Positions 41,109 to 51,375 of a DNA stretch of 64,000 bases are shown in pieces. A program made the translations under genes and the position numbers. Source of the DNA: an uncultured delta proteobacterium (lineage in GTDB: Bacteria; Myxococcota_A; Polyangia; Polyangiales; Polyangiaceae). Under the pieces are notes generated by a model. That model had not been told where the DNA came from. It saw only the letters and a list, made by a program, of their open reading frames with translations, and made no database searches. The stretch spans positions 448,001-512,000 of the forward strand of contig CAWDXG010000004.1 in NCBI GenBank assembly GCA_963806225.1, in the 5' to 3' direction. Within the stretch, counting starts at the first letter, position 1. Each line of letters opens with the position of its first letter.

Positions 41109-42533
41109 TCAGGCCAGCGGATTGCCGCACTGGGCGCAGAACTTTGCGCCCGCCGGGTTCGGCGCGTTGCACTTCGAACAGGCCGTCGTTTCGACAGCGG
41201 GTGCACCGGCTTCAGCGGCGGGCGGCGGCGCACCGGGCGGCGGAGCGCCGGGTGCTGCAGCCGGCGGCGGACCGTAGCCCGGCTGCGCCTGCTGCGGCGG
41301 ATAGCCCTGCGGGGGAGCACCGGGCGGCGCGCCGTAGCCCGGCTGCGCCTGCTGGGGCGGGTAGCCCTGCTGGGGCGGGTAGCCCTGCTGCGGCGGGTAG
41401 CCGGGAGGCGGATAGCCCTGCTGCGGCGGATAGCCGGGAGGCGGATAGCCCTGCTGCGGCGGATAGCCGGGAGGCGGATAGCCCTGCTGCGGCGGATAGC
41501 CGGGAGGCGGATAGCCGCCGCCCATGCGACCGCCGTACATCATGCCGGCGCCCATGCCCATGCCGGCGCCCATACCGGCGGCGGCCATGCCCGCGCCCGT
41601 GCCGTCGCCGCCCTTGGACATGCCCTCGCCCATTCCCATCATCGCCTCCGCACCCGCGTACTGCTGGTAGCGGTTCATATCGAGCTGGTTGACGTAGCGG
41701 GCGCGGTTGGCGAACTCCTGATCCAGCGCGTACTGCTTCTGCTGGGCCTCGGCTTCTGCCTGCGACACGCCGATCTTGGCCTTGCGCGCCTCGATCTTCG
41801 CCTGGACGATCTGGTCCTGGAACTCGTCGATGCGAGCCTGGTCTTCCTCGCTCAGGTTGATGTTCAACTTGGCGATCTCGAGAACCTGCACGCCGATCTT
41901 CGCGAGGTCGGGACAGTCCTGGACGATGGCGCGCGCCACGTCCGGGCCGCACTCGCCAAGATCCATGAACGTGAGATCACCGCCCTTGATCATGCGGGCC
42001 AGGGTCGCCTTCAGACCCATGAGGATCTGGTCGCGCACCCACTGCATCGCCATGTCGGGATCGATGGCGCCCGTCTGGCCGATGAACTGGCCGATGAAGG
42101 TGGACGGATCGATGACCTTGAACGAGTAGGTGCCGAATGCCCGCGGACTGACGCGCAGATCGAGCTCGGGATCGCGCATCGACCCGATAGGCCCGCCGAA
42201 ACCCAGCGGCCGCCCCTCCGCGTCGCGGAAGATCATGCGCGTCGTAACGAAATACAGCTCGGAGATGAACACCTGGCCGCCGGTGAACTGCTGCACCAAC
42301 GAATTCAGGAACGGGATGTTCTGTGTCTGCAGCGTGTGGCGCCCCGGGCCGAGGATGCCAACGGCCTGGCCGTCCTTGAAGAACAGCGCGACCTCGTCGG
42401 AATCGACCGTGAGCTGGCTCCAGAACGGGAACTGCTGGTCGGGATGCTTGAAGAAGACCTTGTCCTTGTCCGTGTCCGGGCGCGCGATCATCATCTGCTG
42501 CACGCCGCCCTTGACGAAATCCATGATGCCCAT
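41109..42533 (-). CDS. SPFH/Band-7-like protein with GYPP repeats and C-terminal zinc ribbon
   Basis: SQLTVDSDEVALFFKDG..PGRHTL, RAFGTYSFKV; CSKC..CAQCG; RBS GGAG. Confidence 0.85.
   Translation of the reverse strand: MGIMDFVKGGVQQMMIARPDTDKDKVFFKHPDQQFPFWSQLTVDSDEVALFFKDGQAVGILGPGRHTLQTQNIPFLNSLVQQFTGGQVFISELYFVTTRMIFRDAEGRPLGFGGPIGSMRDPELDLRVSPRAFGTYSFKVIDPSTFIGQFIGQTGAIDPDMAMQWVRDQILMGLKATLARMIKGGDLTFMDLGECGPDVARAIVQDCPDLAKIGVQVLEIAKLNINLSEEDQARIDEFQDQIVQAKIEARKAKIGVSQAEAEAQQKQYALDQEFANRARYVNQLDMNRYQQYAGAEAMMGMGEGMSKGGDGTGAGMAAAGMGAGMGMGAGMMYGGRMGGGYPPPGYPPQQGYPPPGYPPQQGYPPPGYPPQQGYPPPGYPPQQGYPPQQGYPPQQAQPGYGAPPGAPPQGYPPQQAQPGYGPPPAAAPGAPPPGAPPPAAEAGAPAVETTACSKCNAPNPAGAKFCAQCGNPLA
41275..41520. 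repeat. Coding tandem repeat GYPPQQGYPPP (33 bp) and variants
   Basis: GGATAGCCGGGAGGCGGATAGCCCTGCTGCGGC repeated. Confidence 0.9.
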
Positions 42534-42750
42534 GTGGCTTCTTTCTCCTTGGCTCTTCCGCGGACCGGCAATGCCCCGGACCCGGCCCGGAACGACAATA
42601 AACGCTGTGGCACCCCCGGGCAACCGGTGCCCTGGACGCTGAGGAGCCGCGCAGCGCCCGGCACGTGTTCCCGCTACGGAAGGCGGCCGCGCCAGGCGGC
42701 GAAATGCCATGTATGGTGTGGGCCACGCGGGGCGCAGCCCGACAAGCGCC

Positions 42751-43884
42751 ATGACCACTCCGATCGACATCGAGAAGCTTCCAGGCACCGCCCGGAAGAT
42801 CCTGGGCGGCAGCGCACCGGCAGCCATGCGCATGATGGCCGCCAAGGGCATCGTTCCGGGCGTCCGACCCGGCGACCTCGTGACCGTCATCGTCCTGCTG
42901 CGGGAGGACGACGACGAGAAGGTCGCCGCTGCTGCCCGCGCCACACTGGCCGCACTGCCCCCACCGGTGCTCGGCGGCGCGCTCACGGCGGATCTGGAAC
43001 CGCTGGCGATCGAGGCGCTCGCGGAGCACTACGCGACGAACCACGACGCGGTCGAGAAGCTCCTGCGCATGCCGCGCATCGACCAGGCGGCGCTGGAGCA
43101 TCTGGCCGAGCACGCGGATGAACGCGCCGGCGAGCTCATCGCGACGAACGAGCGCCTGATGCTCGAGCACCCGACGGTGATCGAGAAGCTCTACCTGAAC
43201 AAGCAGGTCCGCATGTCGACGGCGGACCGCCTGCTCGAGCTGGCGGTCCGCAATGGCCTGGAGCTCGGCATCCCGGCCTTCAAGGAGGCCGCCGCCGCGA
43301 TCAAGAACGAGCTCATCCCGGAACCGAGCGACGAGCCCACTTTCGACGATGTGCTGTTCAAGGAGACCGAACAGATCGCGCGCGTCGCGGCGCTCGAGAG
43401 CGACGACGACGACACCCACGAGGTCGACGACGAGGGGGAGGAGCAGATCAAGCAGAAGTTCCTGCCGCTCCACACGCAGATCGCCCAGATGACCGTCACC
43501 CAGAAGATCCGCCGCGCGATGCTCGGCACGTCTGCCGAGCGGCTGATCCTGGTGCGGGATTCGAACCGGCTGGTCTCGTCCGCCGTAGTGAAGAGCCCGC
43601 TGATGCGCGAGAACGAAGCAATGCGGATCAGCGCCAGCAGGAGCGTTTCCGACGACGTCCTCAGAAGCCTCGCCCTGAACCGCGAGTTCACCAGAAACTA
43701 CCAGATCAAGCTGAACCTGGTGAGCAACCCGCGCACTCCGCTCACCTTCGCGTCACGCTTGATCCCGCATCTCAGGGAGAGCGACCTGAAGTCGCTGTCG
43801 CGGAGCAAGAACATCGCGGGAGCCATCGCCCAGGCGGTCAAGCAGCAGCTGCTCCGCAAGCAGGGCAAGGCGGGCCGCCGCTAG
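42751..43884 (+). CDS. Conserved-type hypothetical alpha-helical repeat protein
   Basis: LVRDSNRLVSSAVVKSP, LNLVSNPRTP helical repeats; long ORF with regular codon use. Confidence 0.75.
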   Translation: MTTPIDIEKLPGTARKILGGSAPAAMRMMAAKGIVPGVRPGDLVTVIVLLREDDDEKVAAAARATLAALPPPVLGGALTADLEPLAIEALAEHYATNHDAVEKLLRMPRIDQAALEHLAEHADERAGELIATNERLMLEHPTVIEKLYLNKQVRMSTADRLLELAVRNGLELGIPAFKEAAAAIKNELIPEPSDEPTFDDVLFKETEQIARVAALESDDDDTHEVDDEGEEQIKQKFLPLHTQIAQMTVTQKIRRAMLGTSAERLILVRDSNRLVSSAVVKSPLMRENEAMRISASRSVSDDVLRSLALNREFTRNYQIKLNLVSNPRTPLTFASRLIPHLRESDLKSLSRSKNIAGAIAQAVKQQLLRKQGKAGRR

Positions 43885-43903
43885 CTCGGCCGGAGCCCGC
43901 GCG

Positions 43904-44335
43904 TCAGTGTCCGTGTGCGTGTCCGCCGCCGGATGGCAGCGCGGCGGCAGCCACGTGCCCGCTCTCGACGCCGCGCGTTCCGATCAGTCGATCGGCCATC
44001 GACTTCAGCGACCGCGCCGGCCCGCGGGCGGCGATCACCTCCATGCAGTGGTCGTGATCGAGGTGTACGTGCAGGGTCGAGATGATGAGCTCGCCGTGGT
44101 CGTGCTGGATCCTCGTGAGCCGATCGGTCAGCTCGCGCACGTGATGGTCGTAGATGATCGTGATGGTGGCGACCGTCTGCGTACCGCGCTGCCAGGCGTC
44201 CTGATCGAGCTCCTTGCGCACGAGATCGCGCAGCGCCTCCGATCGATTCTGGTAGCCGCGTCGTTCCACCAGCTCGTCGAATCGCCCGAGCAGGGCGCGG
44301 TCCATCGCTACACCGAAACGAACGAGGTCGGCCAC
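43904..44335 (-). CDS. nikR: Nickel-responsive regulator
   Basis: RFGVAM, GYQNRSEALRDL, YDHH, HVHLDHDHC. Confidence 0.93.
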   Translation of the reverse strand: MADLVRFGVAMDRALLGRFDELVERRGYQNRSEALRDLVRKELDQDAWQRGTQTVATITIIYDHHVRELTDRLTRIQHDHGELIISTLHVHLDHDHCMEVIAARGPARSLKSMADRLIGTRGVESGHVAAAALPSGGGHAHGH

Positions 44336-44382
44336 GCCAGAAGCGTTGTCGACGCCGCCCCCCGCGTCAATGAAGGCTCCGC

Positions 44383-45216
44383 TCAGGGTCGGCCGTACTT
44401 GCGCACCCTGGCTGCGAGCTTCGCGTCGTGGATCTGCTTCATCAGCTTCTCCACGTGAGGATCGATGACGTAGGACGCGACGCGCTCCTTCGTTTCGAGC
44501 TTCTTCTTGTACTGCTCGGCGGCAAACTTGGTCTTGAACGGGCCGATCCGCACGCGGTGCCACAGGCCCTTGCCGTTCACGTACGCCGCCTGCCGATACG
44601 CCTCGTGACCGCGCCGCCGGAGATCCGCCACGAACGCGTCCGCGTCCGCCTGGTTCTTGAAGCTGGCCACCTGGATCTGGTAGCCGCCCGGCGACCCTTC
44701 CGGGGCGAGCTCTGCGTTGTTCGCGACCTTCGAGGCATCCGCCGCAAGCTCCGTGAGCTGGTCCTTCGGCTGGGTCGTGACCGGAGTCTCGCTGAGCAGC
44801 GACCCGGCGGGCAGCGGCACGACCGGCAGCTTGTCCGCGGCGGGCGGCGGCTCGCTCGGCGCCGCCGGCTCGTCCTGGGACTGCTTGACGAGCCGCCCGT
44901 GCGCGTCCTTCACCGCCGCGAGCGCCGTGGTGGGTTCCTTGTCGTCGCTCAGGATCCCGGGGAACGTCACGTCGCGACCGTCGAGCTTCTCGGCGGGCTC
45001 GGCCTTGTCCTTCTTCGCGTCCGCCACCAGCGCTGCCAGCGGATCCTTGGGCGAACGAGCCGGCGGACCACTACGCCGGGCGCTCATCACCGCGACAATC
45101 ACCAGCGCGGCGCCCCCCATCGAAGCGAGAAGCAACGTGCCCAGCCGCGACGAGCGCTTGCGACTGTCGCTTTCCTGGATCTGCTCGAGGTTGCGTACGT
45201 TCACCGACTCCATCAC
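44383..45216 (-). CDS. SPOR-domain membrane protein (FtsN-like)
   Basis: N-terminal TM; YQIQVASF..WHRVRIGPF; follows argS. Confidence 0.88.
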   Translation of the reverse strand: MMESVNVRNLEQIQESDSRKRSSRLGTLLLASMGGAALVIVAVMSARRSGPPARSPKDPLAALVADAKKDKAEPAEKLDGRDVTFPGILSDDKEPTTALAAVKDAHGRLVKQSQDEPAAPSEPPPAADKLPVVPLPAGSLLSETPVTTQPKDQLTELAADASKVANNAELAPEGSPGGYQIQVASFKNQADADAFVADLRRRGHEAYRQAAYVNGKGLWHRVRIGPFKTKFAAEQYKKKLETKERVASYVIDPHVEKLMKQIHDAKLAARVRKYGRP

Positions 45217-45243
45217 TGACTCCTCTCGAGGGCGCGGGCAGGG

Positions 45244-47037
45244 CTAGCCCGGAGGCTCCTCTTCGTCTTCCGGTTCGCGGGTCATGCGCTCGGGCGCTTC
45301 CAGGCCCAGAAGCTCGAGACCGCTCCGGTACACCGTGCGGATCGCGTCGACCCACAGAAGCCGCCCGAGCGTCTTGTCCCGATCCCAGTGCGCTTCCCAC
45401 CCCGGCTCGGCCATCTGCCGCGCGGTCGGTAGGATGGCGTCCTTCTCGGTGCGGAGCTGCGTGTAGTAGCTCTGGAACGCCTGCGCGATGCCCTGCAGAT
45501 AGAACACCACGCGGTGTGGGTCGCGGCCCAGGGCCGCCTCGGCGAGCACGCCGGGGTATCGACCCAGCTCGGCGATCAACCTGAGCTCGAGTGGATGCTC
45601 CACACGGGCGGCAAGCCCCGGCGAATAGCGAGGCGTGCCGAGCCCCAGCTTCCCGCGCGCCCGCCGCTGGATGGAGCACAGCCGCGCGTGCCCGTACTGG
45701 ATGTAGAAGACCGGATTTTCGCTTTCCTGCTTCTTCGCCAGCTCGATGTCGAGCACGATCGGCGTGTCCACGCGGCGCGACAGATAGAAGAAGCGCAGCG
45801 CGTCGCGCCCCGCGTGCGGGTTGCCGACGGCCTCGTCGATCTCGTCGATGACCTCCTGCAGCGTGATCAGGTTCCCGAGCCGCTTGCCCATGCGGTACGG
45901 CTTGCCGTCGCGCATCAGGCTGACCAGCTGGAAGAGCAGCACCTCGAAGCGCTCCGCGTCGTGACCGAGCGCCTCGATGGCGCTCTTCATGCGTGCGATG
46001 TAACCGTGGTGATCGGCGCCCCAGACATCGATCATGCGCTCGAAACCACGTGCGATCTTGTCGTCGTGGTACGCGATATCACTGGCAAAATAGGTGAAGT
46101 TGCCGTCGCGCTTCCGGACCACGCGGTCCTTCTCGTCCTCGTCGCCCGTGACGAACACGGTCGCTCCGTCGTCCGTCTTTGAAAGTCGCCCCTTGGCGTC
46201 GAGCTCGGCGAGCGTACGCCCCACCCTGCCCCAGCGGTGCAGCGACTCCTCGCTGGTCCACACGTCGAACTCGATGCCCATGCGCCGCAGGATCGGGCGG
46301 ATGCCGGCCAGTTCGGAACCTGGCATGCCGTCGAGCATGAGCGTGACGCACTGGCGCATCAGCTTGCCCTCGGCGTCCGGCTCGAGCAGCTCGGGATGGT
46401 GGCTCTGGATCGCGGTCGCCAGCTCTGTCACGTACCCGCCGCCGTAGCCGCCCTCCGGCGGCGGCTTGCCCGCGCCGGCCGCGCGCACGCTCGTGGGCCA
46501 GGAGCCGCACCTGGTTGCCGAAGTCGTTGATGTAGTACTCGCGCGTCACGCGGTGTCCCGTGGCCTCGAGCAGCCGCGCGACCGCGTCGCCCACCACCGC
46601 CCCGCGGCCATGGCTGACCAGCAGCGGACCGGTCGGGTTCGCGCTCACGAACTCCACGTTCACGCGCTCTCCGGTCGCCGCCGGCGCGCGCCCGTAGGCT
46701 CGCCCGGCGCCGAGCACCTCGTCGAGCACGCGGTGGAACGCCGGCGGATGGAAGCCCACGTTGAGGAAGCCGGGCCCCGCCACCTCGACCTGTCGGACTT
46801 CCGGAAGCCTCGCGCAATCGCTCCGCGATCCGCTCGGCCAGCTCGCGCGGGTTCTTCTTCGCGGGCTTGCCCAGCACGAGCGCGACGTTGCTCGCCAGAT
46901 CACCGGAGCCGCCACGCCGCGGGCGGCTCGACGTTGAAGCGCGCGCCCTGCACCAGGGCGGCATCCAGCTCCCCGGCCGAAGCCAGCGCATCCAGCGCAT
47001 CCTCGATGTGGCCGCGCAGCTGTTCCTCAAGACCCAT
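45244..47037 (-). CDS. argS: Arginyl-tRNA synthetase (several frameshifts between about 46490 and 46930)
   Basis: GDLASNVAL, AGPGFLN, VEFVSANPTGP, EYYINDFGNQ, WGADHHGY, NPVFYIQYGHAR, PERM across frames. Confidence 0.9.
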
Positions 47038-48400
47038 ATGTCCAATCCCTTTCGCTAGCGCTCCCGGGCGATTCGGCCCAGTTTCTGGAGGGTTGTGGCG
47101 GACTTCCGGACGCCCGCGACAGACCGGCCAGCCCACTTGGCCCCGTGATCTGCAGCGCCTTCCACAGCGTCTCCTCGACCTCGCGCGCCGGATCGCTGTC
47201 GGCCACGATCCCCCCTCCGGCGAAATAGTGCCCTGTGGTGCCTACGACCGTCAGCGTCCGGATCGCCATGCCGAGCGTGAGCCCTCCGTCCTGCCTGAGC
47301 GCGCCGAAAGCGCCCGTGTAGAGCCCACGCCGATCGGGCTCGAGCCCGGCAATGACCTCCATCGCCCGCACCTTCGGCGCGCCGGTGACGCTGCCGCTCG
47401 GCAGCATGGCCGACAGAAGCTCCCGCCGGCCGAGCCCCTGCCCGAGCACCGCGCCGAGCAGCGCGACGCGGTGGTGCAGGCTCGGATGCGTTTCCACGTG
47501 CGGCGGCTCGAGCAGCTCGACCGAGCCGGTACGCGCCACGCGGCCCAGGTCGTTGCGTTCCACGTCGAGGATCATCGCCAGCTCGGCGCGCTCCTTGGGA
47601 TCGGCGTCGAGCTCGCGGCAGAGCGCGGCATCGTCGGCAGCGCTGCCTCCGCGCGGCCGCGTGCCCTTGATGGGCGCCGTCAGCACGCGCCGGTCGGGCT
47701 CCAGCGCCAGGAACAGCTCCGGCGAGGTGCTCACCACGTCCACAGCGCCCAGACGCAGCGCCGCCGCGTACGGCGCCGCGGCGCACCGCGACAGCGTCTC
47801 CAGCACGTCGACCGGATGCCCCGTCACGGCGAGATCGAAGCGGCGCGCCAGGTTCACCTGGTACAGATCGCCCCGCGCTATCAGCGACAGGGCCTGCTCT
47901 ATGCGCGCAGCGTGCCTCGCGCCCGGCTCGACCCGCATGAGCTCGAGCTTCGCGGGCGCCCGGGGCGCGGAGGCCAGCCCCGCGCGCACTCGCCGCGCAA
48001 GATCCCGCACCGCGCCTGCGTCGTCACCGACCAGCTCGACGCTATCACCAGCTATTTTCGCGACGGCGGCGTAGCGCCGCCAGAGCGGCCTGTCGACGTG
48101 CGGCGCCGGCCGCGGATCAGACGACCGGGTCCAGCGGGGGCGCTCCAGCGAGCGGCACGTCTCGTAGGGCAGCACGCCGATCCAGCGCGGCGCGTGGCCG
48201 GCGGCGCCGAGCGCAGGATCCAGCTCGAGCGACGGCTCGGGATCGAGCCCGGAGACCTCGTCGATCGGGTCCGAGCCCACGTAGGACGGCCCGCCGCCCC
48301 GCGCGCTCCAGAGCAGCGATAGCCCGGGGCGATCCGCCAGCGCACGCGCCACGACGAGCGGATCGGCGTACACATCGAGCGACTCCCGGCACAGCGGCAT
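47027..48400 (-). CDS. Chorismate-binding enzyme component I (PabB/TrpE family)
   Basis: GDLYQVNL, SPELF, PIKGTRPR, LPSGSVTGAPK, RGLYTG, AIRT, GGGIVADS. Confidence 0.9.
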   Translation of the reverse strand: MPLCRESLDVYADPLVVARALADRPGLSLLWSARGGGPSYVGSDPIDEVSGLDPEPSLELDPALGAAGHAPRWIGVLPYETCRSLERPRWTRSSDPRPAPHVDRPLWRRYAAVAKIAGDSVELVGDDAGAVRDLARRVRAGLASAPRAPAKLELMRVEPGARHAARIEQALSLIARGDLYQVNLARRFDLAVTGHPVDVLETLSRCAAAPYAAALRLGAVDVVSTSPELFLALEPDRRVLTAPIKGTRPRGGSAADDAALCRELDADPKERAELAMILDVERNDLGRVARTGSVELLEPPHVETHPSLHHRVALLGAVLGQGLGRRELLSAMLPSGSVTGAPKVRAMEVIAGLEPDRRGLYTGAFGALRQDGGLTLGMAIRTLTVVGTTGHYFAGGGIVADSDPAREVEETLWKALQITGPSGLAGLSRASGSPPQPSRNWAESPGSASERDWTYGS

Positions 48401-48481
48401 GAGCGGAGGTACGTAGCTGCCCTCGGTCCGCCGGACAAGACGCCGCTACCGCCCCAGGGCGATCCGCGCTAGTCGTCGCAG

Positions 48482-49834
48482 GTGGTCACCCGCCTCGCCC
48501 GCGCCGCTTCCGTGCTTCTCCTGCTCGCAAGCGCCGGTTGCGGGCAGGACCTGCTCGCGCCAGGCCGCGCCGAGCTCGTGACTGGGCACGAGAAGGACAC
48601 CTGGACCGCGAAGCCCGCGCCGATCCACGTCGTGGTCGACAAGCTTTTGTCCTCGAGTGGCGACAAGGTGTCGATCGCGAGCGGCGACGCGCCGCTGTCC
48701 AGCTTCTCGCTGGGCACCGGCGCGCAGGGCGTGTACCGCGTGACCGCGCGCGACAAGGACCAGGTGGTGCGGGTCGAGGGCTGGTCGGTCGCGATCGATC
48801 CGGCTGCGGTCGCCGCCCACACGCTGCCGCTTTTCGTGCAGCGCTCCGACGAATTCGCGCGGCCGCCCGGCTTTCTGGGCACCGATCAGGGCACGGCCCC
48901 GCCGGCGGCCGTGTTCGGCGCGCGGCATCTCCTGCTGGGCGGCGCGAGCCAGGGCACGGAGATGGTGCTGGACGGCTACGACCTCGGCCTGTGGACAGCC
49001 GACTCGACCACCACCACGATCGCGTGCCCGTCCAAACCGTGCCACTTCCGCTCGCTCGCCGTGGTGGGCTCGGTCGCCCTCGGCGTCGGGGACGACTGGG
49101 CGGTCTGGTACGATGTCGACGCGGGCGAGAGCGGCAAGGCGCCGCTGCCCGACGGCCTCGCCAGCTTCGCCGACATCGCCGGCGGGCAGACGGTCACGGC
49201 GCCGGACGGCTCGGCGTACATCGTCGGCGCCACGCGCGCCGACCCGCCCACCGCCAGCGTGCTCAGGATCGACGCGGACAAGACGCTGCATGCGCTGTCC
49301 CTGGTGACGCCGCGCGCCGGTGCCGCCGCGGCGTGGGTCGAGGGGCGCGGGCTGGTCGTGGCCGGCGGCAGCGCCCAGGGCGCCGGCGTCGAGCTGGCTG
49401 CCGCCGACGCCACGGCGTTCGAAGCGGTTGGCTACGCGGCGGATCCGACCACCGGAGCGGCGCTGGCCGTGCTCGACGGCTCCAGTGTGCTGCGCGTCGG
49501 TGGGCACGACGCCCAGGGCAACGCTGCGGCCACGGTGAGCCTGGCGCTCGGCTGCAAGAACACCTGCACAGCCGCGGCGCGGGGCAATCCCGTGCCGCTC
49601 GACGCGGCGCGCGCCTTCCATTTCGACGCGGGCGACGTACTGGTTATGGGGACGGACAAGAGCGGCATGACCGGCGCGATCCGGCTGACCGGCAACGCCC
49701 AGTCGCCAGTCCAGCTGCGCGAGCCGCGCAAGGGCGCCACGGCGCTGCTCGCTCCAACAGGACAGGTCGCGGTGGTCGGCGGTGTGCACGCGGATGGCAC
49801 GCCCGTGCACAGCGTCGAGCTGTATCTGCCCTAG
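48482..49834 (+). CDS. Lipoprotein with kelch-like repeats
   Basis: Lipobox SAGC; TPRAGAAA..LVVAGG, EPRKGATALL..VAVVGG..VELY. Confidence 0.7.
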   Translation: MVTRLARAASVLLLLASAGCGQDLLAPGRAELVTGHEKDTWTAKPAPIHVVVDKLLSSSGDKVSIASGDAPLSSFSLGTGAQGVYRVTARDKDQVVRVEGWSVAIDPAAVAAHTLPLFVQRSDEFARPPGFLGTDQGTAPPAAVFGARHLLLGGASQGTEMVLDGYDLGLWTADSTTTTIACPSKPCHFRSLAVVGSVALGVGDDWAVWYDVDAGESGKAPLPDGLASFADIAGGQTVTAPDGSAYIVGATRADPPTASVLRIDADKTLHALSLVTPRAGAAAAWVEGRGLVVAGGSAQGAGVELAAADATAFEAVGYAADPTTGAALAVLDGSSVLRVGGHDAQGNAAATVSLALGCKNTCTAAARGNPVPLDAARAFHFDAGDVLVMGTDKSGMTGAIRLTGNAQSPVQLREPRKGATALLAPTGQVAVVGGVHADGTPVHSVELYLP

Positions 49835-50706
49835 AATCTGGCGGTGCGGACGACGCTGCGGCGCGTGACGATGGCATCGGACAGCGGCGCTTCTGCGCTG
49901 GCACCCGGCCACACCACACAGCGCGCAACGGGACCCTCGCCGCGGATCTGCGCGCCAGCGCCCACCACGCTGTTCGAGAGCCGCACGCCGCTTTCAAGCC
50001 GCGCGCCCGGCCCCAGCCACGATCCCTCGTGGTTCGCGTAGCGGGCGAGCCAGAGCAGGTTCGCCTCCAGGTAGCTCGCAGGGTCGCCGGCGTCCGTCCA
50101 GTCGCCGGAAACCGGCCGCGTCCAGACCACAGCGCCGCGCCGGAGCAGTGGCAGCGCCACGTCGCCGATCAGACAACCTTCCGCGGGCAGCTCCTGCAGA
50201 CAGCGAGCGCCCAGCGCCGCCACGCCGACGTAGTCCCCGCCCGCGCTCTCGTCGCCGAAGCGCTCGCCGCGCAGCCGCACCACGCGGCCGTCCGCCGCGA
50301 GCCCGACGGTCCCCTCGCCCGCCGCCCGCGGCGCCACCGCGAGACACAGACCTCCCTCCCCCGCCGCGGCCAGCAGAGCGTCGATGGGCGGCTGCACCAG
50401 GATGTCGCCGTTCCAGACCAGCACCGGCGCGGGACCGAGCAGCGCCCTCGCGCCGGCCACACCCCCCGCCGTACCCCGGATCGTGGGTTCATGTATCACT
50501 TCGATTGTGATCGGTAACGAACTGATCTCGCTCGTGAAAGCTCCCGGAAGATGATGCGTGTTGATGACCGCACCCAGAAACCCCGCCGCGACCAGCTCCG
50601 CCGCCGTGTGGGCCAGGATCGAGCGGTCCCCGATCGGCACCAGCGGCTTGGGGAGCTCCTCCGTCAGGGGGCGGAGCCGCGTACCGAGCCCGGCGCACAG
50701 GATCAT
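49831..50706 (-). CDS. Sugar-phosphate nucleotidyltransferase
   Basis: CAGLGTRLRPLT, PKPLVP, INTHHL, GTAGG, WNGD, WTDAG. Confidence 0.9.
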   Translation of the reverse strand: MILCAGLGTRLRPLTEELPKPLVPIGDRSILAHTAAELVAAGFLGAVINTHHLPGAFTSEISSLPITIEVIHEPTIRGTAGGVAGARALLGPAPVLVWNGDILVQPPIDALLAAAGEGGLCLAVAPRAAGEGTVGLAADGRVVRLRGERFGDESAGGDYVGVAALGARCLQELPAEGCLIGDVALPLLRRGAVVWTRPVSGDWTDAGDPASYLEANLLWLARYANHEGSWLGPGARLESGVRLSNSVVGAGAQIRGEGPVARCVVWPGASAEAPLSDAIVTRRSVVRTARF

Positions 50707-50797
50707 CACTCGCCGCACGCCCGGAGCTTGCCGGGCGCCGACCTCTCCCGTCCACAAACTCGCCAGGCCGCCCCGTGGCGTGGTAGCGCCCCAGATC

Positions 50798-51316
50798 ATG
50801 AGCGCGGTCCGTACGCTGGCATCCGGCACGCTCGCGGCGGTGGTCTCCTTCCTCGTCGTGAGCGCGGCAGGCTGCGGCAGCGGAGCCGTCGGCGTCGACA
50901 AGTGCCGCAGTATCGAACAGGCGCGCTGTGAAGCGGGCTCCCACTGCGGCATCGTCGACGACGTGGAGCAGTGCAAGCTCTACTACCGCGACCAGTGCCT
51001 GCACGGCCTGGCCCACGGCGACGCGAGCAGCACCGAGGTCAACCACTGCGTCAAGGCCATCCAGCTCGCCGGGGACTGCGCGAAGGAGAACGGCGTCGAC
51101 GCCAAGCTCTCCAGCTGCGCGACGCCGCCCAGCGCCGCGCCGAACGGCCTGACCACGGCCTGCGAGATCGTCGAGACCCCACAACAGACGGACGAATGCG
51201 CTTTCCTCTCGCCCGTGCCTCCGGAGGCGGGACCGGTGGAAGGCGGAGGCAGCGACGCCGGAGACGCCGCGGTGGATGCCGCCAGCGACGCCAAGGGCGA
51301 CGCCAAGGGCGACTGA
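50798..51316 (+). CDS. Cys-rich lipoprotein
   Basis: Lipobox AAGC; about 10 further Cys; DA-rich tail. Confidence 0.75.
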   Translation: MSAVRTLASGTLAAVVSFLVVSAAGCGSGAVGVDKCRSIEQARCEAGSHCGIVDDVEQCKLYYRDQCLHGLAHGDASSTEVNHCVKAIQLAGDCAKENGVDAKLSSCATPPSAAPNGLTTACEIVETPQQTDECAFLSPVPPEAGPVEGGGSDAGDAAVDAASDAKGDAKGD

Positions 51317-51375
51317 CCGGCCTGGCCGGGTTCGGGTGGCGTCGTGCCGGCCGGGCGTCTATACGCTGGACGACC

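Noticed and set aside
39759..43121. Very long antisense or alternate-frame ORFs (also 20184-23120, 57075-59813, 51276-53927)
   Set aside because: Shadow ORFs expected in high-GC DNA, overlapping motif-supported genes
45244..47037. argS as pseudogene or programmed frameshift
   Set aside because: Essential gene with several scattered indels, no slippery site seen; similar indels across the window point to consensus errors
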